64,000 bases of DNA from positions 32,001 to 96,000 of the forward strand of contig CAVPOM010000010.1 of NCBI GenBank assembly GCA_963707025.1, read 5' to 3'. Every line of letters begins with the position of its first letter. Position 1 is the first letter of the stretch. The DNA comes from an uncultured Verrucomicrobiae bacterium. Its GTDB lineage: Bacteria > Verrucomicrobiota > Verrucomicrobiia > Limisphaerales > Palsa-1400. Under the pieces are notes generated by a model, which saw only the letters and a list, made by a program, of their open reading frames with translations, was not told the origin of the DNA and ran no database searches. The position numbers were made by a program, and so were the translations under genes. Shown in pieces: positions 29,460 to 38,830 of the stretch.

Positions 29460-31034
29460 TCACGCCAAACTTGCGATCCTTGGAAGATTGCGCAGACCAG
29501 GGCACAGGTTTGAATCCTGTCTCAAAAGGAATTTGATGATCGCCAACCGCTTCTCACCGTCCATCTTTTCCCATTTAGCCTTCACACTAAAAAAATTGGA
29601 GATTTCGGTATGCGTGTTTTTCTCTCTGTGTCCGAGGAGCCTTCCCATGTTGGAAACTGTGGGGCTTTCAATTCCCGAAGCTTTGCATTGCTGATAAGCC
29701 TCTTCATATTTCACCAGTTCCTCGCGGACTTTCTCGATCTCCGATTTTTTCCATTCTTTGGAGTCAGCGTTAAGAGGGAGGTGCTCTGTAGGGGAATGTG
29801 TGGTCGGCGACATTGATTCCTGACCTGCTTGAGATGCGCCCACGACTTCTCTGTGTGGCTGCGTTTGCGTGTGAAAATCCGGCAGGCTACCAACCTGAAC
29901 TTCAGATGTAGATTCGAGGATCAAGGCTCGTTCGATCACGTTGCGCAATTCGCGCACGTTGCCAGGCCAGCGATGAGCCATGAGTTTCTGGCAGGCTGTG
30001 TGCGCGATGGCCTTAACGTTCTTGCCCATCGTTGCGCCGAAGGATTTCAGGAAATGATTAGCCAGCAATAGAATGTCGTTACCGCGCTCACGCAATGGTG
30101 GTATCCGCAGTTGCACCACGTTAAGCCGGTGAAAGAGGTCTTCGCGGAATAGTCCTTCCGCGATGTCCTTTGCCATGTCACGGTTTGTGGCGGCCAAGAG
30201 GCGCACGTTGACCCGCAATTCCTGCGTGCCTCCCACGCGCGTGAACGTGCCATCTTCGAGAAAGCGCAGCAGCTTGGCCTGCAACGGGCGGCTCATGTCG
30301 GCGATTTCGTCGAGGAAAATCGTGCCAGCGTCGGCTTCTTCCACGCGGCCGAACTTCTGCTTGATCGCGCCGGTGAACGCGCCCTTTTCATGACCGAACA
30401 ATTCGCTTTCCAGCAGCGTTTCGGGGATGGCAGCGCAGTTGATGCGAACGTAATTGCAATTGCACCGCTTGCTCGAAGTGTGAAGCGCGCCCGCGGCCAG
30501 TTCCTTGCCTGTGCCGCTTTCTCCGAGGATGAGCACACGCGTGTCAGTGGGCGCGACTTTTTGAATCAGCTCCTTCAACTCGTGCATCTGTTGGCAGTTG
30601 CCGACGATGTTGTCCAAAGTGTAAGCATCGCTTTTCTGTTTGGGCTTATGCGAATTGATTTTAGAGCGCTCCTCGGCGTGTTGAAGAAACCGCCCCACCG
30701 CCGCTTTGTAGTCGCCATTCTTGCCAATGTAGTCAAAAAAGCCCTCTTTAATGGCTTCAACAGCCTTTTCCACCGTAAATGTGTCGGAGTGCGCAGTTAG
30801 CATCATGTAGAGCGTGTCCGGCGAATGCTGCTTAATGTGCTTGCCCGCCTCCAAACCTGTTGTGGGCATTTTGTAATCGAGAAGAGCAGCATGGAAACTG
30901 CGAAGCGTTGTCTCGGTCATCTTGAGCACATCCTCGCCGTCGGATACGGCTACGACATCATGGCCTGCCTTCCGGCAGATTTCTGAAAGCGGTTCGCGCC
31001 ACTCGTATTGGTCGTCTGCAACTAGAATTTTCAT
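29460..31034 (-). CDS. NtrC-family sigma54-dependent response regulator (REC-AAA+) with atypical C-terminal domain
   Basis: MKILVADD..LLDYKMP (REC), GESGTGKE, ESELFGHEKGAFTGA, FLDEI, FREDLFHRLNV, WPGNVREL. Confidence 0.95.
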   Translation of the reverse strand: MKILVADDQYEWREPLSEICRKAGHDVVAVSDGEDVLKMTETTLRSFHAALLDYKMPTTGLEAGKHIKQHSPDTLYMMLTAHSDTFTVEKAVEAIKEGFFDYIGKNGDYKAAVGRFLQHAEERSKINSHKPKQKSDAYTLDNIVGNCQQMHELKELIQKVAPTDTRVLILGESGTGKELAAGALHTSSKRCNCNYVRINCAAIPETLLESELFGHEKGAFTGAIKQKFGRVEEADAGTIFLDEIADMSRPLQAKLLRFLEDGTFTRVGGTQELRVNVRLLAATNRDMAKDIAEGLFREDLFHRLNVVQLRIPPLRERGNDILLLANHFLKSFGATMGKNVKAIAHTACQKLMAHRWPGNVRELRNVIERALILESTSEVQVGSLPDFHTQTQPHREVVGASQAGQESMSPTTHSPTEHLPLNADSKEWKKSEIEKVREELVKYEEAYQQCKASGIESPTVSNMGRLLGHREKNTHTEISNFFSVKAKWEKMDGEKRLAIIKFLLRQDSNLCPGLRNLPRIASLA

Positions 31035-32989
31035 GATTGTCGGTTCTGAGGGATTTCAATGGTGATTTTGACCGCTGGCGCTGCGACAACGGATATGTTC
31101 CATCGCAAGTGACGCAGACTTTGCTCCACAATTTCCAGTCCCCGCTTCTCTGGTTCAGTATTTGGTGATGAAGCAACGCCATTCAGAAAATCAACCCATT
31201 GGCGCTTATGCTTTGGCCATTCAGACTTCTGGAAAAAAACAACCCGGTGCAAACCATCGTGTTGACCAACATGCACGGCAAAGTCCCCTCTCTGCGATGC
31301 GTTGTGCCAGAGATTCCAGAACACGAGAAACACGTCTTCCATCGCATCCTGAGGGGGCAAGAAGTCCGCTACTGAATCAATTTCGAGTGATGCGTGCCCC
31401 ACGCCAGAGGTTTCATGCTCTTTCAACCAAGCTAGGATTCCGGCTATGCGCTTTCCCTGAAGAGGCTGGTGCATTTTGCTCATCACAAAGTCAAGTGTCG
31501 CGAAAAGCACTTCGGATGTTTTTTCAGCATCTGCGACGAAATCGCGAGCCTTCCCAGAAATCTGGGTCTCATCTTGGATTAGAGCCGCGTGGAGCAACGG
31601 TCCCGGCTTAAGATTTACTATACTATGTCGATGCCCCAAAAACCTGGCGCGGATACGACGCTCTTCGTTTGCAAATGCAGCTTTCGCTCTTTCGCACGCT
31701 TCCTTGGTTTCAAGTCCGCCCAGCGGATCATAAGTCCATTCTGGATTAAAGTAAGGGTTGGGTTCTGTGCCGATGAAAACACGCCTTCCGTCAGGAAGAT
31801 TGAGTGGTTCCCCATTTCCACGCGTATCTTTGTCCGTCAAATAGACGTGAGGAAATGGCAGATTGGGAAGCAGGTTCATGCTTCCTTTATTGAACCGCGA
31901 CATGATTGATTGCAAATCCGACTTGGCAATCTCATCGGAGAAAAGTCTCTCAATAAAATTGAGGTATAGGGCCTTAGCTTCCGTGCGGAGCATCGCGCCA
32001 ATTCGCGGTATGACATCACTGTAAAAGTGAAATATGTCATAAAAGCCTGGAATATCTGAATCTTTGAAAAATCTGAGCAGCACAATCCAGGCTACCCCCT
32101 CAACGTGGATGGGCACGTAAACCCGATGCATCAATGCCAGTGCCTTGAAACCCGGGCATTCAGTTGCGGCTGATAAATCTTGATCCTTCAATGGATCAGC
32201 TAATGTCACGGTTCCTGTTTGAAACGCCATAGCCGCTTCCCGGCCAAAAATATGACAAAACTGTTCAATCAAATCGCTTGTTTGAGTCGCGCTGCCGCCG
32301 AGGAATGAGCGTTGAGTTTTCGAAAGCACGCATTGAGCTTGATGCGTGGCTCCCGCCGCACCAATGCCCATCTTGCCTTTTGCCACGAATAGGAATGGGA
32401 ACAGGTTGGTCGTGTGCAAGTTTCCGCGCCCTCGCAGACGAAAATGAGGCGAGTCCTCCAAGATTTTCCAAACGTTGCTGAACACGGCCTCGCAAGTCGT
32501 ATCCCAATCCGTTTGTTCAACAGCATTTTCATAAGCTGTCTTGCATGCAGTTCTGTTCTTGGAAGCACCGACCGCCTCCGTCGCCATTTTCAATGATTGT
32601 CCAAATTGTTTGCCTTCGTGGGGCGAGTTGAAATCTGGATGGGCGAAAAGCTGGACGAAAGCCAAACGGGCGTTCTCGTCGCTCAAGAATGACGCGCCAA
32701 TCGAACGATAGCAGGCAACGACTCGTTTTGAATGCGGGATAAGCACGCCGCCTTCCTCGCAAAATTTCGTCTCGACATGCGGATGGGTTGAGAAGATCGG
32801 GCGCCGTGTGTTCGCACTTTCCCAAAGGGTGATCACAGTTGGATCGGGTTTGTTAAGGAAAATCTTCAGGTAGTCGCAAAACGGCAAAAGAAACGCTTTC
32901 CTATACAGCCAGTAATCCAGACCAAGCAGCGAGCGCCTAATGAGTGTTTGTCGCTCGACCTGCTGCGAATCTGTGAGCGTTCCCGTCAT
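31031..32989 (-). CDS. Soluble sensor protein with a degenerate histidine-kinase-like C-terminus
   Basis: H-box-like FLGHRHSIVNL, N-box VFWNLWHNA, G2-like KRGLEIV. No clear TM helix. Coupled (ATGA) to the regulator. Confidence 0.6.
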   Translation of the reverse strand: MTGTLTDSQQVERQTLIRRSLLGLDYWLYRKAFLLPFCDYLKIFLNKPDPTVITLWESANTRRPIFSTHPHVETKFCEEGGVLIPHSKRVVACYRSIGASFLSDENARLAFVQLFAHPDFNSPHEGKQFGQSLKMATEAVGASKNRTACKTAYENAVEQTDWDTTCEAVFSNVWKILEDSPHFRLRGRGNLHTTNLFPFLFVAKGKMGIGAAGATHQAQCVLSKTQRSFLGGSATQTSDLIEQFCHIFGREAAMAFQTGTVTLADPLKDQDLSAATECPGFKALALMHRVYVPIHVEGVAWIVLLRFFKDSDIPGFYDIFHFYSDVIPRIGAMLRTEAKALYLNFIERLFSDEIAKSDLQSIMSRFNKGSMNLLPNLPFPHVYLTDKDTRGNGEPLNLPDGRRVFIGTEPNPYFNPEWTYDPLGGLETKEACERAKAAFANEERRIRARFLGHRHSIVNLKPGPLLHAALIQDETQISGKARDFVADAEKTSEVLFATLDFVMSKMHQPLQGKRIAGILAWLKEHETSGVGHASLEIDSVADFLPPQDAMEDVFLVFWNLWHNASQRGDFAVHVGQHDGLHRVVFFQKSEWPKHKRQWVDFLNGVASSPNTEPEKRGLEIVEQSLRHLRWNISVVAAPAVKITIEIPQNRQS

Positions 32990-33699
32990 TGTGGGGATTG
33001 GTGTGCCGCATTGTCGCTCACAATCTGCCCGTCTTGCAAGGTGACAATTCTGTCGGCAAACGACTCAACCCGGTTCAGATCGTGCGTCACATAAACGATG
33101 GTCTTCCCCAAGTTTTTCAGTTCGCCAATCAGTTTGAGACAGATGCCGGCGTTCGTCGCGTCCAAGGCGGCCAGCGGTTCATCGAGCAGAATCACTTTGG
33201 CCGGGCGCAGGCTGGCGATTAAGATTGCCAGAATTTGCCGCTGCCCGCCCAACAACGTCTTTGCCTGTTGTTGAAGTCGTTCAGCCAACCCCAGGGGCAG
33301 CAGCAGGGAACGGTGTCTGGCGGCCAAGGCCCTTTTATTCAGGCGGCGGGCGCGCGCCTCATCGTCGGCCACGACCAGGTTTTCAAAAACCGTCATCGTT
33401 GGCACACTGCCAATCAACGGGTCTTGGTGAACGTGAAAAACAGCTTTCGCAATGCCCGCCGGCCGCAACCTGCCTGCCGGTTTCCCTTCGATCAAAACCT
33501 CGCCTTGTTCCGGCACCAACAGACAACTTAAAGCCCGCAAGAGGGTTGTCTTGCCGCTGCCATTGGGTCCCGTGACAACCAGTGCCTGACCGGCCGGAAT
33601 TTTCAGGCATATTCCATCAATTGCCCGGACTGTTTGTCCCCAGCGCGAGAACGTCACCAGCAGATCGTGAACTTCAACAATGTCGTGACCATTGTTCAT
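32986..33699 (-). CDS. ABC transporter ATP-binding protein
   Basis: GPNGSGKT, signature variant LLGGQRQ, LLDEP, VTHD. Confidence 0.92.
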   Translation of the reverse strand: MNNGHDIVEVHDLLVTFSRWGQTVRAIDGICLKIPAGQALVVTGPNGSGKTTLLRALSCLLVPEQGEVLIEGKPAGRLRPAGIAKAVFHVHQDPLIGSVPTMTVFENLVVADDEARARRLNKRALAARHRSLLLPLGLAERLQQQAKTLLGGQRQILAILIASLRPAKVILLDEPLAALDATNAGICLKLIGELKNLGKTIVYVTHDLNRVESFADRIVTLQDGQIVSDNAAHQSPQ

Positions 33700-34606
33700 T
33701 TGAGATCCTCGAGAAAAAGCTGTCCGTTCTTTGTCCCCGCAGCGCGATCACCAGGAGAACGAGAACGGCGGTGGCAAGCTTCAAATCCGTTGCGGCCAAT
33801 CCCATGCTCAAAGCGTAGCTCACCAAAACTTCGTAAACCACCGCCCCCGTCACGGCGGCCAGAAGCACGTATGATTGGTAGGAAAACCACTTTTCGGGAA
33901 CCAGTTTCTCGCCAATCGTCATTGCGGCCAATGCCAGAATCAGCACCCCCTGTCCCATCCCAACGTCGGCAAATCCTTGATTCATGGTTGCCAAAATGCC
34001 ACCCAATGCCGCCAGACCGTTGGTTACAGCCAAGCCGGTAATTACGTTGGCTGGAACATAAACCCCGAGCAGCCGGGCATATTCCGGGTTTGCACCGGCA
34101 GCGCGTAATCGCAAGCCCGGTCGGGACGAGAGGCTGGCTGCTGCGGCGATGCCAACAGCGCCGACAAGGACGCCCAGCAACATGATTGTGCCAACATGGA
34201 ACCGGCTGTTCATAAGATGATTCAACGGCTGAACAAAATCGAAAAGGGATGGCTGGGTTAAAAGACCTATGTTCGATGCTCCCATGATACGAAGGCTCAT
34301 GGTGTAGGTGATTGCCACAACAATTATGCCGGCGAGCAGTTTGTTCAACTTGAACCGAACATGAAAATAAGCCGTCAAACACCCAGCCAGGGCACCGGCG
34401 GTGACTCCAAGGCAAACAGCGATTGGAACAGTCACCCCATTCTTAACAAGGATTCCATAAGTTGCGGCTCCAAGCGGAAAAGAGCCTTCAATCGTAATAT
34501 CAGGAAAGGCCAGAACACGAAATGCCACGGCGAAAGCGATAACGGGCCAGGCGTAGATCAAGCCAGTCACCAGACCAACATCGAGTGGAATGAAGGAATT
34601 CATCAC
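33674..34606 (-). CDS. ABC transporter permease (aromatic amino-acid/TrpX-type system)
   Basis: FPDITIEGSFPLG, LLAGII, GLRLRAAG.N, QGFADVGMGQG; multiple TM helices. Confidence 0.9.
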   Translation of the reverse strand: MMNSFIPLDVGLVTGLIYAWPVIAFAVAFRVLAFPDITIEGSFPLGAATYGILVKNGVTVPIAVCLGVTAGALAGCLTAYFHVRFKLNKLLAGIIVVAITYTMSLRIMGASNIGLLTQPSLFDFVQPLNHLMNSRFHVGTIMLLGVLVGAVGIAAAASLSSRPGLRLRAAGANPEYARLLGVYVPANVITGLAVTNGLAALGGILATMNQGFADVGMGQGVLILALAAMTIGEKLVPEKWFSYQSYVLLAAVTGAVVYEVLVSYALSMGLAATDLKLATAVLVLLVIALRGQRTDSFFSRISNEQWSRHC

Positions 34607-35595
34607 TTGATTTCATCGAATACTTTAGTGGCATTGGTGACAACATCGGGCGGCAAGGGGTCGTGCATGAGTTCCGCAGCTTTTTTGTTTAGATAGATTT
34701 GTCCCGATTCAGGCTGGACAACCGGCAGGTTTTTTTCTCCATGCAGAACTTTCACGACGAGTTTCCCGGTCTCGCGCCCGATTTCGTAATATCCAGCAGA
34801 AACAGCCCCGATGGCCCCTTTTTCCACGGAGCCGCTGTCACATGCAAAAACGGGAATTTTGTTCTCAATGCCGGTCTTCACCGCTCCCGCAATGCCTGCG
34901 GCCACCGTGTTATCAGTGGAAATCAGCAGAACGTCCACGCGGCCAACCAAACCAGCCGCAACGCGGTATTCTTCAGACGTGGAGTTCACTGGCCCCTCCA
35001 CCACTTCAAAGCCGAACGTCGGTGCAATCTCTTCGATTTTTTTGACCGCGAATTGAGAAGAGGCTTCACCCGGATTAAAGAGCAGGCCAAGCCGCTTAGC
35101 GTTCGGGTTGATTCGCCGAATCAGCTTCAATTGCTCACCATAGGGGATCGCGTCCGTCGTGCCAGTGACCTTTGGATTAGAGCCATCCAAAGAATCAACA
35201 ACGCCCGCACCGACTGGATCGGTTAATGCGCCAAAAACGATCTCGCCCTTAAACTTCTTCACGATGGCTTGAGCAACCGGGGTGGAAATCGCCACTACAA
35301 CATCAGGATTTCGAGCAGCCAACTCGTCCGCGATGGCAGCAACCTGTCCCATATTCCCTTCCGCGTTGAGCAGGATATATCGCGCCCCAATCCCATTGGC
35401 GTAACCGTCACTCGTGAGTTCATCAATGACCCCTTTCTGGACGGCATCAAGGATTGGGTGCGTCTGGAGAGTGGCGATGGCAATGACCTTTTGATCCGCA
35501 CTGCCTCCGCCGTTGTTGATTCTCTCGAAAATGAATACCCCAGCGACAATGACGGCCACCAGGAGCGCAATCACTAACTTGTTGGATTTTTTCAT
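34603..35595 (-). CDS. ABC transporter substrate-binding protein (Trp/Tyr-binding-like)
   Basis: N-terminal anchor; THPILDA...G, NAEG, ISTPVAQ, TDPVGAG, FNPGEASS, TDNTV. Confidence 0.9.
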   Translation of the reverse strand: MKKSNKLVIALLVAVIVAGVFIFERINNGGGSADQKVIAIATLQTHPILDAVQKGVIDELTSDGYANGIGARYILLNAEGNMGQVAAIADELAARNPDVVVAISTPVAQAIVKKFKGEIVFGALTDPVGAGVVDSLDGSNPKVTGTTDAIPYGEQLKLIRRINPNAKRLGLLFNPGEASSQFAVKKIEEIAPTFGFEVVEGPVNSTSEEYRVAAGLVGRVDVLLISTDNTVAAGIAGAVKTGIENKIPVFACDSGSVEKGAIGAVSAGYYEIGRETGKLVVKVLHGEKNLPVVQPESGQIYLNKKAAELMHDPLPPDVVTNATKVFDEIK

Positions 35596-35608
35596 AGGTG
35601 TTCGTTGG

Positions 35609-37237
35609 TCAGTTTCTTTCGGCAGATGTGATCGTTAAAAAGTCGGTGGTTCGCTGTTTCTGGCGAAAATGTTTTGCGCTGATCCTGCCGTCCGCCTGGG
35701 TTTGCCCGGTCTCGCTGACCAGATATTTTCCGTATTTGAAAACTTTAATGCCAGCAAATTCCTCTTCGTCGTCGAGATCTGTCAAAACGCCGCTAATTCT
35801 CATCACGGCCTTCAAATCAACGATTTTATCGGCGTCGCTGTCATCGGTTTCAAACTGGCTCGCTTCAAGCACTTTGGGTTTGAGTATGCCAATGGGAATA
35901 CCGCCTGTCCCGTGAGCGAAGTGCTTCCCCAACCATTTGAGCACCGGGGCTTGCTTGGCCTCCCATTTGGTGAAGGACTCGAAAATGTCTCGCGGGAATG
36001 TTTTGTTTTTGCGCCAACCAGACTCGAAATGGCTGGTTCCAGGATAAACAACGTGCAACTGTGGAAAGATGGTAATTGTCTTTCCACGACGAGCGGCGGC
36101 TTGTCCCATTTCCTTCAAAATATTCTTGGTCTGTGTGTGGTCTTCGTCTGTTTCATCAGGCAGACCGAATTGGAGGTTTATGTAGCAGCTAACATTGGAT
36201 TCCAAAAGTGCTGGAACCACTTTCCGTTTCAGGCGTTCGAGATAACGCTCTGGATTTGGCGCTTTGTTTAGATACTCCAAATGTCTGGGAACCAGCGATT
36301 CGACGCCGAGATACACCGCCTCTGCGCCCGCGCGCTCCAGCAGCGACACAAGTCCCTCACGATCCATTGACTCAACGCGGGTCTGGCAATCCCACCAGAA
36401 TTCAAGCCCGTCGCGGCGCAATTCAGCCAGAGCACCGCATAGTTCATCAGTTCGGCGAGGCGTGTGAGCAAAAAAATTATCCTCGATGGCAATCCGGGAA
36501 AAACCGAGTTCCACCAACTGGCGTATGTCTTGGCACACCCGGGCCACACTCCGCGCTCTGATCTTCTGATTTGATACCGAACAGAAGGCGCATTTGAGCG
36601 GGCAGCCACGCGCGCTCACATAGGTTACATGGCCGAACTTACCCGGAGTGCCGCTAATACTGTTTCCCTCGAAGGTCAGCGGGATCGAATCCAACTGGCT
36701 TTCATTGAGGAGGGCAGGCGGTTGATTAAAGTTAACTGAACCTTTGTGCCAGAATGCCAATCCGGGGGTAGAACAGACGCGCGGAAATCGGTGAAGAAAT
36801 TCAGTCATCGCGATTTCACCTTCACCGACCACCACGTAGTCAACTGTGTTCTGGTGGTGCGTAAGCACAATTTCAGCGTCAGCACTGGCATGAGGCCCCC
36901 CGAAAACGGTCTTGAATTCCACACCAGGAATCGAAAGCGATTTGAAAGCTGAAGCTGTAGCCAACGCCGACTGATAAGAAGCCGTTGTCGTGGTGATGCC
37001 AACCACCGTCTGGCTTGAAAATGAAATGCGACCTGAAATGTGACTTTGCCGGATCACTTCTTGCAGGCTGGATAACGGAGTTGAACTCAAGTCAAGGAGT
37101 TGCACCTCGATTTTCGGCACATTCGCCTGATTCGCCTGAATGTAATTGGCGAGGCTGATCAACCCTGTGGCAAACCCGCCCAACAATCCGAATTGCGGGG
37201 GCATCACAAGAATCAAAGTTAAATCTGCATTTTCCAT
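35609..37237 (-). CDS. B12-binding radical SAM enzyme
   Basis: Cobalamin-binding motifs VGITTTT, FGGPHAS, VVGEGE; ARGCPLKCAFC (CxxxCxxC); IEDNF; LGVES; FGLPDET. Confidence 0.92.
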   Translation of the reverse strand: MENADLTLILVMPPQFGLLGGFATGLISLANYIQANQANVPKIEVQLLDLSSTPLSSLQEVIRQSHISGRISFSSQTVVGITTTTASYQSALATASAFKSLSIPGVEFKTVFGGPHASADAEIVLTHHQNTVDYVVVGEGEIAMTEFLHRFPRVCSTPGLAFWHKGSVNFNQPPALLNESQLDSIPLTFEGNSISGTPGKFGHVTYVSARGCPLKCAFCSVSNQKIRARSVARVCQDIRQLVELGFSRIAIEDNFFAHTPRRTDELCGALAELRRDGLEFWWDCQTRVESMDREGLVSLLERAGAEAVYLGVESLVPRHLEYLNKAPNPERYLERLKRKVVPALLESNVSCYINLQFGLPDETDEDHTQTKNILKEMGQAAARRGKTITIFPQLHVVYPGTSHFESGWRKNKTFPRDIFESFTKWEAKQAPVLKWLGKHFAHGTGGIPIGILKPKVLEASQFETDDSDADKIVDLKAVMRISGVLTDLDDEEEFAGIKVFKYGKYLVSETGQTQADGRISAKHFRQKQRTTDFLTITSAERN

Positions 37238-37271
37238 GGGCACAATGAGCGTGCTGCTCTGATAACCCAAT

Positions 37272-37287
37272 CGCAGGTGAAGTGCCA
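37272..37287 (-). promoter_or_regulatory. sigma54 promoter for the radical SAM-ABC-kinase-regulator operon
   Basis: TGGCACTTCACCTGCG (GG-N10-GC), about 35 bp upstream of ATG 37237. Confidence 0.7.
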
Positions 37288-37362
37288 TGCTGCCGATGCA
37301 CCACAAAAACGATGAAAACGAACAGTTTCCGATGATTTATGCCTGCCCCGATGCCTTCGTGC

Positions 37363-37399
37363 CGTAACGGTGCGGTTACGCCGTAATCCCTGCGTTACG
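37363..37399. promoter_or_regulatory. Tandem enhancer-like palindromes (2x CGTAA-N8-TTACG)
   Basis: CGTAAcggtgcggTTACG-c-CGTAAtccctgcgTTACG between divergent sigma54 promoters. Confidence 0.7.
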
Positions 37400-37635
37400 A
37401 ATTTGACAGCCAAAGAGACGCCCATTCCTTGTAGATTTCTGTCTTTGTCCGACACAAAACATGCGTGACAGAGTTCTCGGATACGACACTGATTTTAGCA
37501 ACGCAAATGCTCCTAAGAACGGCGAAATGCAAGGCTTGCAGGCACCGAGCCGGCAACAACACCCTTCCAAGAAAATCAACTAGAGGTCGTTGTCCGGTCT
37601 GTGTAGACGGGCAACGTCAATTTTCCACCACTCAT

Positions 37636-37650
37636 TGGCATCACAATTGC
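37636..37650 (+). promoter_or_regulatory. sigma54 promoter for the plus-strand gene run
   Basis: TGGCATCACAATTGC (GG-N10-GC, with TTGC). Confidence 0.7.
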
Positions 37651-37702
37651 CATACATGATTTCGCGGTCATCAAACAGTCGAATGCAACGCAATTAGCAA
37701 TT

Positions 37703-38014
37703 ATGGACATTATCATTATCAAAGACGTATTACCACGTTGTGTGACTTGGCGAGACGCTGCGGAAACAGTTCGGCAGAATTTGAATCCCCGCAGGATTGA
37801 GAACAGGGATGGGGTTAACGTTGTAAATGCTGTTTTGTGGTCTGAGATCCGTTCTTTCTTTGAAACATCTGGTCTGAAAAATCAAGACGCAGAGCAGGCA
37901 GTGTTTCAGTTGCGAGATTTAGGATTCATTAAGCATCAGGGAAAAGTGAAGGTTGGGGAGACTCGTTGGTCGGGGTCTGACATTGTTGATTGGGTCATGC
38001 AATTTCAGTTCTGA
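37703..38014 (+). CDS. Small hypothetical protein (possible winged helix)
   Basis: 103-aa ORF directly after the sigma54 site; AEQAVFQLRDLGFIK helix-strand pattern. Confidence 0.55.
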   Translation: MDIIIIKDVLPRCVTWRDAAETVRQNLNPRRIENRDGVNVVNAVLWSEIRSFFETSGLKNQDAEQAVFQLRDLGFIKHQGKVKVGETRWSGSDIVDWVMQFQF

Positions 38015-38158
38015 TTTTGTGCCGTTACCACAAAGACCTCGCACCGATGGAATCAACAACTGGTCGGCATTGCTTGTTTGACCGCTCGGAGTTGTTTGCC
38101 GAGTATGAGCGGCGGCAGCCACCCGCAAGATAATTCATCCTGAAAGTATTTTTGAACA

Positions 38159-38713
38159 ATGAACACGCTACCCACTTTGGAGACGGAGCGATTGGTGCTT
38201 CGCCCTTTCATGCTGCCTGATGCGCCAGAAGTGCAACGGCTGGCTGGCGACAAAGATGTGGCATCTACGACTTCACGCATTCCCCATCCCTACAAAGACG
38301 GAATGGCTGAAAAATGGATTGATTCCCATGCTGGGAATTTTGCTAGGCGCGAGGGGATCTCGCTCGCAATCACCTTGCGCACGGATGGCTCGCTGGTGGG
38401 GGCGGTTGGTTTGATAATTTCCGAGGAAAACTCACGAGCGGAGCTCGGCTATTGGATCGGCAGGCCGTTTTGGAACCACGGCTATGCCACTGAGGCCGGG
38501 CGTGCGATGGTGAAATACGGTTTTCAAGAATTGGGCTTGGAGCGAATCCATGCACAACATTTGAAGCGAAATCCAGCCTCGGGCGCAGTCCTGGCCAAAA
38601 TCGGCCTGAGCCACGAAGGATGCCTACGCCAGCACGTGAAAAAATGGGGGATGTTCGAGGACGTCGAAGTGTGGAGCGCGCTCCGTGCCGAAAATATCGG
38701 TCCGGTCGGTTGA
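38159..38713 (+). CDS. GNAT N-acetyltransferase, RimJ/RimL family
   Basis: LETERLVLRPF, AELGYWIGRPFWNHGYATEA, NPASGAVLAKIG. Confidence 0.95.
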   Translation: MNTLPTLETERLVLRPFMLPDAPEVQRLAGDKDVASTTSRIPHPYKDGMAEKWIDSHAGNFARREGISLAITLRTDGSLVGAVGLIISEENSRAELGYWIGRPFWNHGYATEAGRAMVKYGFQELGLERIHAQHLKRNPASGAVLAKIGLSHEGCLRQHVKKWGMFEDVEVWSALRAENIGPVG

Positions 38714-38830
38714 TCTGCTCGATGAAATAAAAACCAAGCTGTTCCGCGCGCAACTTGCACGGAACTGGCGGTCGGAAATGCGTGACTTGGAGAGCATGTT
38801 TTTGTAAAATTGTCAAACCTGAAATCGCTT

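Noticed and set aside
33240..33262. ABC signature LLGGQ instead of LSGGQ as a sign of inactivation
   Set aside because: It is a single-base difference with all other motifs intact; cannot distinguish a natural variant from a sequencing error.
38765..38782. Additional sigma54 promoter before 38831
   Set aside because: The GG-GC spacing is 11 rather than 10, and no enhancer palindrome is nearby.
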